Assembly: GCA_963847185.1 (NCBI GenBank)
Contig: CAWJYV010000008.1
Coordinates: 672,001-736,000 of the forward strand
From: an uncultured Methanosarcinaceae archaeon
GTDB lineage: Archaea > Halobacteriota > Methanosarcinia > Methanosarcinales > Methanosarcinaceae
Length of the DNA stretch: 64,000 bases
Reading direction: 5' to 3'
Numbering within the stretch: position 1 is the first letter of the stretch; the number at the start of each line of letters is the position of its first letter. The notes beneath the pieces were generated by a model. The model was not told the origin of the DNA, did no database searches, and worked only from the letters and a program-made list of their open reading frames with translations. Made by a program: the position numbers and the translations under genes. Below, one piece after another: positions 31,872 to 43,350 of this stretch.

Positions 31872-33113
31872 TCAAACATTAGAAGAATCAAATGCATGTA
31901 ATCTGCTGATAATCGGGCCACTTATGAAGGATGTGACAAGCGCCATGAAGATCAAAGCTACAAATATGCGGTCATCAATAAGTCCAGCATCCTTGGCAAT
32001 AGTAGCAAGTATCATCTCCATCGCACCTCTTGCATTCATTGCAAAACCCACTGCAATTGACTGCCTCCAGGGCATCTTACTTATCATCAAGCCGAGTGCC
32101 ACTCCAAGTACCTTACCCAGACATGCAACGATAAGAACTGCAAGCACTAGGACCAAATCAAATGATTCGACAAAATTAGCCCTCAAACCGATTGAAACAA
32201 AATATAGAGGAGCAAAAAAATACATCACGAACTGATAGACCATCTCATGTGCATCTTCACGCTTGTCAAGATTCTGAGAGAAAGCAAGACCCACTAAAAA
32301 AGCACCGAATACGGAGTGAATTCCTATCAATTCAGCACAGGCTGCAGCCAACAATACAAGAACAGTCGTAATTCCAAGGAATGAGCCAGGCCAGGGTAGG
32401 TGTGATTTGAACCATTTTTGAGATCTTTGAGCCAGAAACCGGCCTATCGTAATCATGAAGACAAATAGTAAAAGCACCAGAACGAAAGTAATGTAAGGCG
32501 GAATATTCATGACGCTCTCATGTGCGAAATTGCTCAATATAAAAGCAAATAGAGACCAACCTATAAGATCATCAATGGTTGCAGCGCCAGTAATGATCAT
32601 TCCTATATTTGTCTTCATCAGGTCAAGATCCATCAGGGTTCTTACAATAACCGGAAGGGCCGATATAGACAGTGCCGTGCCCATGAACATCGCAAAAAAT
32701 AATGTTCTGCCATAAAAATGCTCTCTCCATAGATCCGGAAATAAAAAGACCATCCCGATACCCATTATAAATGGTACTACTATACCCATTAAACTGGCCC
32801 AGGCTATATTAGTGCTCTGTTTTCTGATAAGATCAAGGTTCATCTCCAAGCCTGCAGCGAATAAAAAGAAAAGCATGCAGATCTGGATAAGTGCATCCCT
32901 GCCCTGAAAAACGGCACCTGTATCCGGGAATAATAAGTGATAAGTGTCAGGGCTAAGCCATCCCCAGACAGTAGGGCCGAGAATGATACCCCCAAAAAGC
33001 TCACCAAAAACCGCAGGAAAGCCAAGTCTGCTCATTATATGCCCACAGAACAGAGCCATAAGAAGCATCACAGCGATCTCAAGGAAAAAAATTACCATAT
33101 CCTTTGGGATCAT
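31872..33113 (-). CDS. Cation:proton antiporter (CPA2/Kef type)
   Basis: GELFGGIILGP, AGLE, SISALPV, AATIDD, GAFLVG and NARGAME motifs. Confidence 0.92.
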   Translation of the reverse strand: MIPKDMVIFFLEIAVMLLMALFCGHIMSRLGFPAVFGELFGGIILGPTVWGWLSPDTYHLLFPDTGAVFQGRDALIQICMLFFLFAAGLEMNLDLIRKQSTNIAWASLMGIVVPFIMGIGMVFLFPDLWREHFYGRTLFFAMFMGTALSISALPVIVRTLMDLDLMKTNIGMIITGAATIDDLIGWSLFAFILSNFAHESVMNIPPYITFVLVLLLFVFMITIGRFLAQRSQKWFKSHLPWPGSFLGITTVLVLLAAACAELIGIHSVFGAFLVGLAFSQNLDKREDAHEMVYQFVMYFFAPLYFVSIGLRANFVESFDLVLVLAVLIVACLGKVLGVALGLMISKMPWRQSIAVGFAMNARGAMEMILATIAKDAGLIDDRIFVALIFMALVTSFISGPIISRLHAFDSSNV

Positions 33114-33551
33114 ATAGTCTCACCATAATGTTTTTGCATTTAACATGGATATTTAAAGGATATAGCCATGGTTCTCACAAATTACATCTAAACAATTGCT
33201 AAGTAAATTTTTTTTCATCCGCAAGTTTGTCTGAACCATACAGAAAGAACCCATAGGCCGCTTATTGATCTTATCTAATATAAACTATTGCTTATCAGAA
33301 AATGAGTTTTCTTACTTTTAAGTATATAGATTTAAACGCAAATATTGGTTTCAGGCATCGAAAACCTGACTAGAGTCGAGATTCAGGTCAGATATTGTAT
33401 AACATATTATTTGTATAAATGTGCGGAAATTAAGTAATTTGTCGTATAATTTTAAGATCCATTAACCAAGAGTATTAATTAGTAGACAATAAATCAAAGT
33501 GGGTTAATTCTCACCTAACACAAATAACAGAGATCTGATGTAAAGACTTAC

Positions 33552-34197
33552 ATGGGGAGTATAGAATATTTCGCGGATCTTTTTCTACATTTTGACACTC
33601 ATTTCAGTGCAATAACAAGTGAATATGGTCTACTTGTATATTTACTGTTGTTCACACTTGTTTTTTGTGAGACAGGCCTGGTGATAACTCCTTTTTTACC
33701 TGGTGACTCTCTGATCTTCGCAACAGGGGCTTTGGCTGCTACAGGTTCTCTAGAGTTATTAACTATATTAATTATTCTATGTATAGCAGCATTGCAGGAT
33801 ATACGGTCAATTATCACATAGGCCATTTATTAAGAAATACGATGGCGAACCATGAAAAAATGAGGTTCATTAAAAAGGAACACTTTGGCCGTACTCAGGA
33901 ATTCTTTGAAAAATATGGGGTGAAAACCATAATAATAGCTCGCTTTATTCCTATCATCCGCACTTTCGCCCTTTTTGTAGCAGGAGTAGGAACAATGCCT
34001 TATTCAATTTTTGTTAGCTACAATATAATAGGTGGAGTAGATGAGTAATGTCATTCCTTTTAGAAGGATACTTTTTTGGAAATTTGCCGATTGTAAAGAA
34101 TAACTTCAGCTTTGTGATAATTGGAATAATTTTTATTTCACTACTTCCAGGCATTGTCACATATATCCAGAGCAAACGTGCTTCAAAAATGATATAA
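33552..34197 (+). pseudogene. DedA-family membrane protein with two frameshifts
   Basis: ETGL...FLPGDSL in frame 1; ARFIPIIRT in frame 2; GYFFGNLPIVKNNF...ISLLP in frame 3, ending at TAA 34197. Confidence 0.88.
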
Positions 34198-34550
34198 AGA
34201 GCGAAGAAACCATACATAAAGGAAGTATTTTCACCAAATTTCTGAAAGTAAAAGCTAAAATCGAATACTTTTACCAGATCGATTAATCCCAGATTTTTTA
34301 GTATTTTTAATATTGTTTTCATCTCGATTTATACCATGTTAATAATTATCTGTAGATCCTCCAGTTTGTTGAAAGGTAAGATATTAAACAATTAGAAGTT
34401 CAGTTTTATAACTGATCTTTCGTTGCATTCCTGCTGGGGAAGTTTAGTTTTATAACACTTTGCTTTTATGAGTTTAATGTAGTTACTAGATTGAAAATAA
34501 TCCAAGTATAAACTGCATCGAGATGAGAAGCTAGCTGGTATAACTTATAT

Positions 34551-35428
34551 TTGAATGCTGGAAAAACAACACAAGTGAAAAATACAGAACACGGAGAATC
34601 ATATGTGACTGTCGGATATGCTGATCTTGGAGACGGAAAGCTCTATTATGAAATAGAGGGAAAAGGGGAGACGCTTGTGCTTTGCCATGCGGGTTTTGTT
34701 GACAGCCGTATGTGGGATGATCAATGGGATATTTTCACACAAAATTATAGGGTTCTTCGCTTTGATATGCGCGGATTTGGAAAATCGGATCCTGTAACAG
34801 GTCCCATTTCTCGCCGTAGAGATCTGTATTGTTTATTGCAGAAACTCGGGATCAAAAGTGCACATTTATTGGGTTGCTCAATGGGGGGGAAATAGTCATA
34901 GATTTTACGCTTGAACATCCAGAGATGGTATCGTCGCTGGTTACAGTTAGCGGAACTCCAAGTGGCTTTGAAATGCAGGGCGAACCTCCATCCGAAATTC
35001 TGGAAATGCTACAGGCACTTAAGCAGGGTAATCTCAAGAGAGTAAGTGAACTGCAGATCAGGCTCTGGATTGACGGAATTTACCGTCAGCCAGAACAGGT
35101 AGACCCTGAAGTTCGTAAGAGAGCGGCTGAGATGAACCGGATAGCAGTAGAAAACGGAACATGGACTAGAGCTGATGCTAATCCGTTAAATCCGCTAAAT
35201 CCTCCGGCTGTTGAGAGGCTGACTGAGATTGCCGTTCCTGTACTAGTTCTGGCTGGTTCACTGGATCATCCGGAAGTCTTCAGAGCCGCTAACCTGCTGG
35301 AGAATGAGATAAGGGATGCAAAAAAGATCATTTTGTCGGATACTGCTCATATACCAAATATGGAAAAACCTGCCGAATTTATCCGGATAGTGCTGGATTT
35401 CTTAAGTGAGATTTCTGAACTTAAATAA
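34551..35428 (+). pseudogene. Alpha/beta hydrolase split by a 1-nt deletion in a G run (or a sequencing error)
   Basis: The nucleophile elbow GCSMGG ends at ATGGGGGGGAAATAG; one more G restores GCSMGGEIV into the 34829-35428 frame, which carries GSLD and TAH. Confidence 0.85.
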
Positions 35429-35694
35429 CGGATATTATATACAAGAATTGAGATATGGACTGGCAGCCCCTGTTTTCAATGTATATTTGATGTATTATAG
35501 AACACAAAAAATAGAATCAGTCTTAAATATGGGCACAACTGAGTTACTATAAGCTACACTCCAAATTAGTGCCCTTTCTATCATCTGACCCGACTGTGCA
35601 GAAAGTTAAGAAAGGTTCTAAACAGATCGGTTCCAAGTAAACCGATTCAAAGCAAACTTTATCTGAGATGAAAATATCTTATAAGAGGATAGCA

Positions 35695-36009
35695 ATGCAG
35701 CAGTATAAATTAAAACGAGGCTTTAAACCTGAGATTGACAGGATTTGCTCGGTAATGCAGGAAACTTTTCCCGCAGAAATCTCCAGAAACGGAGAATACC
35801 TTGAGACATCCTATGGAGCTATGTCAAAGATAAAGGTCTGGATCGAAAACAAGATGATGTGTGTGGACACCGTTTCCGACAAGACAGTAACAAATGACGA
35901 GGTTGTCATGCAGACCAATAAAGCTTTCCGGGATTTCCTTCTCAAAGCTACAGGATACACTGCTAAAGAGCGAATAAAAAATGCTAAAAAGGAAGTCGGA
36001 GAAGAATAA
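35695..36009 (+). CDS. DUF5611-like conserved archaeal protein
   Basis: YKLKRG, SYGA and FL..ATGYTAKER motifs; GAGGA RBS. Confidence 0.75.
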   Translation: MQQYKLKRGFKPEIDRICSVMQETFPAEISRNGEYLETSYGAMSKIKVWIENKMMCVDTVSDKTVTNDEVVMQTNKAFRDFLLKATGYTAKERIKNAKKEVGEE

Positions 36010-36075
36010 AACTCTTGACAACCAATTCTTATTTTAATTGTACCATCTCCACATCCCTTACCTGGAGGTATCTTT

Positions 36076-36588
36076 TTGAATATGGATTTTCTGGAAAAAC
36101 TGAAGAGCTTTGAGATCCCCACCTGCCTTCGGGTCTGCTGTGGGACCGACGGCTCTGTGACCTTTCTCTTAGAGATTATGACCCGAAAGCCTGTAACCGT
36201 AACAACCGAATCTCAGTACACAGTTAAAGCCGATAAAGAGATGGCTGCCCTTCTTGAAGTGGAAGAAGGCAGTGAAGTAAATGACAGAGTAGTCAGGCTT
36301 TCTGCAGGAGATACGGTTTTCGTGCAGGCAAGATCCCTTTCTCCCCTGAAACGCATGCCTGAAACAATGAAAGAACAGCTTATGCGTGCGGATATCCCCA
36401 TAGGCCGGATACTGCGCAGCCACAACCTGGAGACCAGGCGTGACATGGGTGAACTTGAAATTCTGGAAGGAGAATCCACTTTTGACGGAATCCCGGTCCT
36501 TTCCCGCTCCTACAAAATAGTCCATGACAATCATGTCCTGATGTGGATCAACGAGCGCTTCCCCATAGATAAACGCTGGGGATTATAA
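36076..36588 (+). CDS. Chorismate pyruvate-lyase-like (DUF98/UbiC-fold) protein
   Basis: TDGSVT.LLE, ADIPIGRIL, ETRR and I.E.FP motifs. Confidence 0.82.
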   Translation: MNMDFLEKLKSFEIPTCLRVCCGTDGSVTFLLEIMTRKPVTVTTESQYTVKADKEMAALLEVEEGSEVNDRVVRLSAGDTVFVQARSLSPLKRMPETMKEQLMRADIPIGRILRSHNLETRRDMGELEILEGESTFDGIPVLSRSYKIVHDNHVLMWINERFPIDKRWGL

Positions 36589-36719
36589 CAGGAAGAAGAG
36601 CTGTAGAATAAATCTAAGAAATCTATGCGTTTTTAGATCCAACCTTTCTATTTTTTAGAAATATATTTACGGATTTTCCGGCAGTCTATATATATTTTTC
36701 TTCTGTCAATCACGCCAGT

Positions 36720-36736
36720 CGAAACCTTTATATCTC
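36720..36736 (+). promoter_or_regulatory. BRE/TATA promoter of tRNA-Thr
   Basis: CGAAACC TTTATAT about 40 nt upstream of the tRNA. Confidence 0.65.
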
Positions 36737-36773
36737 TGCTGTGATATTTTGGAGATGCTCTTAGAGCAACAGT

Positions 36774-36845
36774 GCCTTGGTGGCTTAGAGGCATAGCGCG
36801 TCCTTGGTAAGGACGAGGTCGCGGGTTCAAATCCCGCCCGAGGCT
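36774..36845 (+). tRNA. tRNA-Thr(GGT)
   Basis: Acceptor GCCTTGG/CCGAGGC; anticodon arm CGTCC-TTGGTAA-GGACG; T-arm GCGGG-TTCAAAT-CCCGC; followed by T-runs; no encoded CCA. Confidence 0.97.
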
Positions 36846-37684
36846 TTTTACTTTTTTGTTTTTCCTTTATATACTGCAGGTTCAAAGCCTACTTTCGTTA
36901 GAAGGTAGACGAACTATGGTGGGTATATATAAGCTAAATTTCTGTACATTTGGGACTTCTTGAAATTTCTTCATATTCAAAGAGAATAAAGAGCTAATTA
37001 CTCCTCAATTATTCCCAGTAACGCAGAATATATTCCAGCATCACATGATCCTTTTTAAACGAACCCTCCCGGATATTGGGATACACGTTTTTATCTTTCA
37101 AATTTCAAGAAGGGGTTATGATACAGGATACAGAACAGATAATCCCAATGAAGTAACAAGCATACCTCCTTAGACAATATGTGTACAAGACTTCGACATA
37201 AATATCTAATCTATAAAAGTATATATCAAAGTACAACTACAGTAAATTAATGAATTTCAGTTCTCTTCATGGGATTCTTTTCTTCTCGATATTTTTTGTT
37301 GTGGCAACGAATATAAGTTAGATGACAAAACAGGGGTTTTACAGAACTTTTAATGTATTTGGTGAACTCACACACCAGTACCTGTTCCAGCATAATAAAT
37401 CAGGTTTATACGCATAATACTCGATTTCTGTTTGTATCGTGAAAGTTACCAGAGAAGATCTTTTCAGCATAATTACCTCAAAAATAGATACCCTACTTCT
37501 TTCAAATGACTCACACACTATCAGATTTTTAAAATTAATATATGGTTAATTATATAAATACTGGCAGATAATGCATACAGTCTCTAGCAAGGTAAATTTG
37601 TTTAGGGATAATAAAACAGATAATTGGACTTAGCCAGCTTGAAGCGACAAAAACTGAGCCCTTGATTATCAGAGAAGGTTCTAA

Positions 37685-40324
37685 ATGGAAGAAAAACTGA
37701 GAAAATCTGATACCGAGCTAAAGAGCATAGATGAAACACTGAGTAAGAGAAATCAATGTTTCAAGCTGAAATTTGAGACCAGTCTCCCAGATTCTCAGAG
37801 GGTAGAAAACCTTGAGTTGGCTGAAATTATTGATGTACAGGCAGTCCAGTCCCTCATGGATGACTTTTATAAATTTGTTCACATTACAATGGCATTGCTT
37901 GATCTCAAAGGAAACGTTCTGGTAGGTGTAGGGTGGCAGGATATCTGCACCAAGTTCCACAGAGTTCATTCCGAAACATGTAAGCACTGTGTAGAAAGCG
38001 ATACGAAGCTGTCCGCAGGCGTTCCTCTGGGAGAATTTAAGTTATACAAGTGCAAAAACAACATGTGGGACATAGTAACTCCAGTTTTCTCTGGTAGCCA
38101 GCATGTCGGCAATATCTTCTCAGGACAGTTCTTTTTTGAAGATGAGCCTATAGACTATGAGCTTTTCAGATCCCAAGCAAAAAAATACGGCTTCAATGAA
38201 GAGGAATACATCTCAGCTCTGGAAAAAGTTCCACGGCTGAGCAGGGACACTGTTGAAAACTAGCATGTCCTTCTTCATGAAACTTGCTAATATGCTCTCA
38301 CAGCTAAGCCACAGTAACATCAAGCTGGCCCACTCGCTGGAAGAACGTGATACCCTGGTGGATGAGCTGCAGAAGAATAGAGAAGATTTCGACCGTGCCC
38401 AGGCTGTAGGAAATATCGGAAGTTGGCGTCTGGATGTATGCAAAAATGAATTAAAATGGTCCGATGAAAATCACCGTATTTTCGGCATCCCAAAAGGTAC
38501 TCCTTTGACTTATGAGACTTTTCTTTCAACAGTTCATCCGGATGATAGGGAATACGTTGACAAAGAATGGAAGGCTAGCTTGAAGGGCAAACCACATGAC
38601 ATCGAGCACCGCATTATCGTAGACAGTAAGATCAAGTGGGTACGTGAAAAAGCATATCTCGAGTTTAATAAAGATGGAGCTGTCGTCAGCGGTTTTGGTA
38701 TAACGCAAGATATAACCAAGCGCAAGCATGCTGAAGAAGCCCTTAAAAAAGCACATCAAAATTTAGAAGAAAAAGTTAAGGAACGTACAGCAGAGCTTGA
38801 GAAAGCTTACAACTTGTTGAAGGAAAGTGAAAGAGGTCTTGCTGAAGCCCAAAAAATCGCTCATATTGGAAATTGGGATTGGAATTTTGTAACTGGTGAA
38901 GTATACTGGTCTGATGAATTATATCGTATTTTTGGACGCAGTCCACAAGAGTCAGGCGCAACTTACGATGAATTTTTAAATTATATCCATCCCGAAGATC
39001 GAGACCTTGTGAGTAATGTTATCAAAAAATCTTTAAAAGGAAGGCCTCGTGAGATTGATTATAGGATTATCTGCCTAATGGGGAAGAACGCACAGTACAT
39101 GGACAAACTGAAGTTATTTTTAACCAGGATAATATCCCAGTTAGAGCAAAAGGAACAGTTCAGGACATTACAGAAAGCAAGCTTGCACAGCAGAAACTGC
39201 AACAAAGTGAGGAAAAATACCGTTTCTTTGTACAGAGACTTTAAGGGAATCATACTATTCGTCGAAAGAGAGTGAAAAAAGTCTTGCAGAAGCTCAGAAG
39301 ATGTTTTTTCACTGGAAACTGTTAAGGAAATTCAACTGATAAAGCATATGGGGAAGAGGAACTATGTATCGAATGAGTTATGGACACAATCCTTGTAGTT
39401 CCTGAAGATAAGGAGATATTTTTGAGAAGCAGATCGACAACAAGACTAGTGACTAATGCAATTAGGAGACTATTTAGAGGAGAACCGTATGAGTGCAGGA
39501 TTATAGAACTGAATATGCCTAATGGTAAAAAATGTATGGTTTATGCAAATGAGCGAAATAGTCTATAATGAAAAAAATATGCCGATATACACCGGCTTAA
39601 AGTAATATGACATCACTGATGGAAAAAGAGGCTGAAGAAACTCTTAGAAACCTTGAAATAATTCGTAAAAAGGAAATCCATCACAGGATCAAAAATAACC
39701 TGCAGGTTATTTCTTCTCTATTAGATCTTCAGGCTGAAAAATTCAAGAACAGACAATGTGTGAAGGATTCGGAAATTATTGAGGCCTTCAGGGAGAGCCA
39801 GGACAGAGTGACATCAATTGCCTTGATTCACGAGGAACTACACGAAGAGGAAGGAACAACCGATACTCTTGAATTTTTCTCTATACCTGCAGAGACTCGT
39901 TGAGAGTCTATTTCAGACATACAAATTTGGAAATACTGATATCAGCCTAAATCTGAGCCTTGAAGAGAATGTTTTCTTTGACATGGACACTGCGGTTCCA
40001 TTAGGGATGCTTGTTAATGAGCTCGTATCTAATTCTCTCAAATATGCATTTCCGAACAGGGAACAAGGAGAAATAAAGATTAAGCTTTTTGGAAAGAAGC
40101 TGAGCAACAATAAAAGAAGAAACTTACTGAGAAGAGGTACTAAATATACTCTCATCGTCTCAGATAATGGAGTTGGAATTCCCGAAAAAATTAACTTTGA
40201 AAACTCAGATACACTTGGCCTGCAACTTGTGAACCTTCTGGTAGATCAGTTAGATGGCACTATCGAACTAAAAAGAGATCATGGAACAGAGTTCATAATA
40301 TCATTTAACAATATGGAAATATAA
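37685..40324 (+). pseudogene. PocR-PAS/PAC sensor histidine kinase (HisKA_2/HATPase), fragmented
   Basis: PocR domain (WQDICTKFHR, YKCKNNMWD), PAS repeats (GSW..D, VHPDD), EIHHRIKNNLQ and NELVSNSLKY/DNGVG across at least 4 ORFs separated by frameshifts and stops. Confidence 0.88.
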
Positions 40325-40489
40325 GTCAAACTTTTTTCTTTCTTTTGTACTCTTCCATAGAAAGAGATCTTTTGAGTTCTGAGGATCTTTTACTTCTTTG
40401 TGCCTTCATCCTCCTTTACAGCAAGTGTTCCAAGTTATTCTTCATTCGTGATTACAGGGAAGAATGATAAGAAAAGCCATTGGCATCAG

Positions 40490-40645
40490 AACCTTCTACA
40501 GTATCTACAGCCAGTAATGTAAAAAGACAACGCAAGCACTATTGCAGCTAAAGCAACTGAAGGAAATGAAAAGTCCTCAGGGTTTGAATTAGTATTTGGA
40601 CTTGTTTCTCTACTATTCGTATTCTTTAAATTTAAGGAAAGATAA
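40490..40645 (+). pseudogene. Orphan PGF-CTERM-like C-terminal fragment of a lost surface protein
   Basis: ...TIAAKATEGNEKSSGFELVFGLVSLLFVFFKFKER* with no upstream body. Confidence 0.6.
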
Positions 40646-40928
40646 TCTTCCCCAATCTTTTTTGAAAATAAATATACTGATTTATAGAAAAACTTCGATA
40701 ATATCAAATAATAATAAAAGCTTTGAATATTAAGGCTATAAGTTTTCGAAGACTCAAAACTTTTTATCATTTAAGTGATATCGCAGCCTGCTTAATGATT
40801 GATGTTGAGGTTTTTCTTGTGTGGAATACAAAAAATCGTTTTACAACATTAATATTTGTCACTTTACTGTTATCTCTACAAGATAAGATGAAGGGTCAAA
40901 TATTGGTGGCTTTGAGGAGTAGGTTATA

Positions 40929-42626
40929 TTGAAATTTTTGCTGTTCATATTCCTGCTCATGTGTCTGACCGGAACTGCATTGGCGGTTGATATTCCGGTA
41001 GGATACGTATCTGGTTACAGTTTGAATTCATCGGGAACGACGTACGTATTAAAGGGAAACATATTGGCAAACACAACCGCGTTTTCCGTAGAAGAAGATG
41101 ATATCGTTTTCGATGGTAATGGACATACGATAGATTGCGGATTAACTAGTGCTGGTATAGGGATAATAAGCAACAACCACAGCAACATCACTATAAAAAA
41201 CGTAAACGTCATACAGCACAATTCGAGCACGTCTTCATATGGGATCCTCACCAAAAATACAGCAAAGACTCTAATAAGTAATTGTTCAGCATCAAGTATA
41301 GCAGGGTCCGGTGTATATGTCAGTGGATCCACTGCAACAGTTGATAGATGCAATATATCATCAATTAGCGATAGATCATTGTATATAGTTGCAAACGATT
41401 CACGTATAACAAACTGTTCGGCTGTGTCTGACTCGAATTACGCGATATGTCTTACAAATGCGAATAATAACACATTGTCAAATTGTACAGGCCGCTCGAA
41501 TACAAGTCGTGGAATTGATTTCAAGACATCAAATTACAATAATGTATCTAATTGTGCTGGGTATTCAAATACGAGTGACGGTCTTTCTTTTTCGTCATGC
41601 AGAAGCAATACTGTTCATACCTCGATTGGGTATACAAATTCGAGTAAAAATAACGGAATATTTCTAATGGATTCATCTCATAATACATTCATAAACAGTA
41701 CCGGATCATCTCACCTCAAATTTGGAATTTACTTATATAATAATACCACATACAACACATTTATAAACTGCTTAGGGGAGTCTTTTGGAAGAGAAAGCAT
41801 CTATCATGGAATATGGTTTAAATTTTCATCTGCTGCATGCTGCGGAACCAATATTTATAAAAACTTTACCAGTCGATCCACACTCACAACAACATGTAAC
41901 GATCCAAATAAGATAATTTGTCTTGCTATGGGCGACTCAATTACTGCAGGCGGTGCGGCTGGGATGCCTTACGGTGCATACATTCATTACGCTAATATCA
42001 CACTAGGCGACAGTGGCTATGTGTTTTATAACAGAGCAATTGCTAATGAAACCGTCGCATCAGGAAGAATGCGATTTTTAGATGAAATGGCAGTGTTTAA
42101 TCCTAAATATGTGACCATTATGTACGGTGCCATTGATTTGAGAGATAAGCGTTCTCAGCAATCTATTATCGACGATATTTTGTGGATGGCGTCACAGGCT
42201 AAAGCGCATGGGGCTATACCCATCATTCTGTTGACCCCCGTTAGAAGAGGTTTAGAAGAGAATACAACATACCTAGACCAGAATTTGTCTACACAAGCGC
42301 TTGCGGCCGGTTACTATGTGTTTAATGTGTATGATATAATCGATACGGTCCCCAATAATGGACAATATGATGCATATAATTCCACGAATTGCGTAGACAG
42401 CATACATCCGACTCAAGCAGCTAATAAATTGATAGGGGAAGTATTAGCGAACTATATCATAGATTTGACAGTTAGCAATGCAAGTTGTTCTGCGTCAAAA
42501 ATAAACACGGAAAAAGCATTGACAAACGCTTCTGAGAAGAAAAACATGAGCATTCCTGGGTTTGAAATAGCCTATGGTATTGTCTGCTTGTTTGGTATAT
42601 TCCTGTACAGAAGACAAAGGGTGTAA
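40929..42626 (+). CDS. Surface protein: right-handed beta-helix, SGNH/GDSL hydrolase and PGF-CTERM
   Basis: Signal peptide, FDGNGHTI and GI.L...NNT repeats, GDSITAG, DSIHP, then IPGFE-TM-RR. Confidence 0.88.
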   Translation: MKFLLFIFLLMCLTGTALAVDIPVGYVSGYSLNSSGTTYVLKGNILANTTAFSVEEDDIVFDGNGHTIDCGLTSAGIGIISNNHSNITIKNVNVIQHNSSTSSYGILTKNTAKTLISNCSASSIAGSGVYVSGSTATVDRCNISSISDRSLYIVANDSRITNCSAVSDSNYAICLTNANNNTLSNCTGRSNTSRGIDFKTSNYNNVSNCAGYSNTSDGLSFSSCRSNTVHTSIGYTNSSKNNGIFLMDSSHNTFINSTGSSHLKFGIYLYNNTTYNTFINCLGESFGRESIYHGIWFKFSSAACCGTNIYKNFTSRSTLTTTCNDPNKIICLAMGDSITAGGAAGMPYGAYIHYANITLGDSGYVFYNRAIANETVASGRMRFLDEMAVFNPKYVTIMYGAIDLRDKRSQQSIIDDILWMASQAKAHGAIPIILLTPVRRGLEENTTYLDQNLSTQALAAGYYVFNVYDIIDTVPNNGQYDAYNSTNCVDSIHPTQAANKLIGEVLANYIIDLTVSNASCSASKINTEKALTNASEKKNMSIPGFEIAYGIVCLFGIFLYRRQRV

Positions 42627-42660
42627 TTACATAAGAGAAAAGTAGAGGTAAAAGAAAAGA

Positions 42661-42781
42661 ATCGAGAGGAAAAAATCCTCACTTCACTATTTCTTTTTTG
42701 AGAATCATTCAGCCCATCCAAAATCAGTTAACGGTAACAATGTTACAGTAGTCTTTCCTCAGAGTCTGGAGCTATACTCTG
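42661..42781. repeat. Copy 1 of a ~120-bp diverged 3'-flank repeat (copy 2 at about 46094-46216)
   Basis: AGAATCATTCAGCCCATCCAAAATCAGT...CAGTAGTCTTTCCTCAGAGTCTGGAGCTATACTCTG versus AGAATTATTCAACCCATCAAAATCAGT...CAGTATCCTTTCCTCATATTCTGGAACTACATTCTG. Confidence 0.75.
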
Positions 42782-43350
42782 AAGATTTGTAAGCGTGGGA
42801 AATCAATTCAAAATAGTCTTCAGGAGCGTTCTAAACTTGCTGTCATCCTATTGAGATTCTAAAAGAAGTACTGCATCAGGACATCAGCTTTTAACATTCC
42901 TGTTAAGCATTCATCAAGCAGACAGAACCTATCCATACTCTAAACAGTGAGCATAGAGCCCTAAAATTAACATATACTTTTTTCTCAGAACTCACAGCGT
43001 AGAATATCCTACAGGCGATCTTATTCTTTTTTAGATAGGCTCTCAGACACATGATTTCTTTTCTGATTCATCCCGCAACCCAAAACACTCTCAAATGCAT
43101 ACATGGAACAAAGATATAAATATTTTAAAGAGGTAAATCTTTTACAACTTTTCTAATTAATTTCAAAAGAAGGGTGTTGTCATGTGAGTAGAACATATAT
43201 TTAAGGAACCTGCCCACAAAATTCCAACTCTTTTTGATAACCCCTATGGGTGCTCATGGGCCTTAAATGGTTTCGTGAAAACGACTACATTCTTGAATAT
43301 ATCCAAAAAATAGGATTTAGAACTTTATCTAGCCAGAAGGAGTCAAAGGT

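Noticed and set aside
36648-36830. 60-aa minus-strand ORF
   Set aside because: Antisense to the tRNA and its promoter
34893-38263. TAG stops in the hydrolase and PocR kinase as pyrrolysine read-through
   Set aside because: The conserved continuation lies in a different frame, so these are frameshifts, not amber decoding
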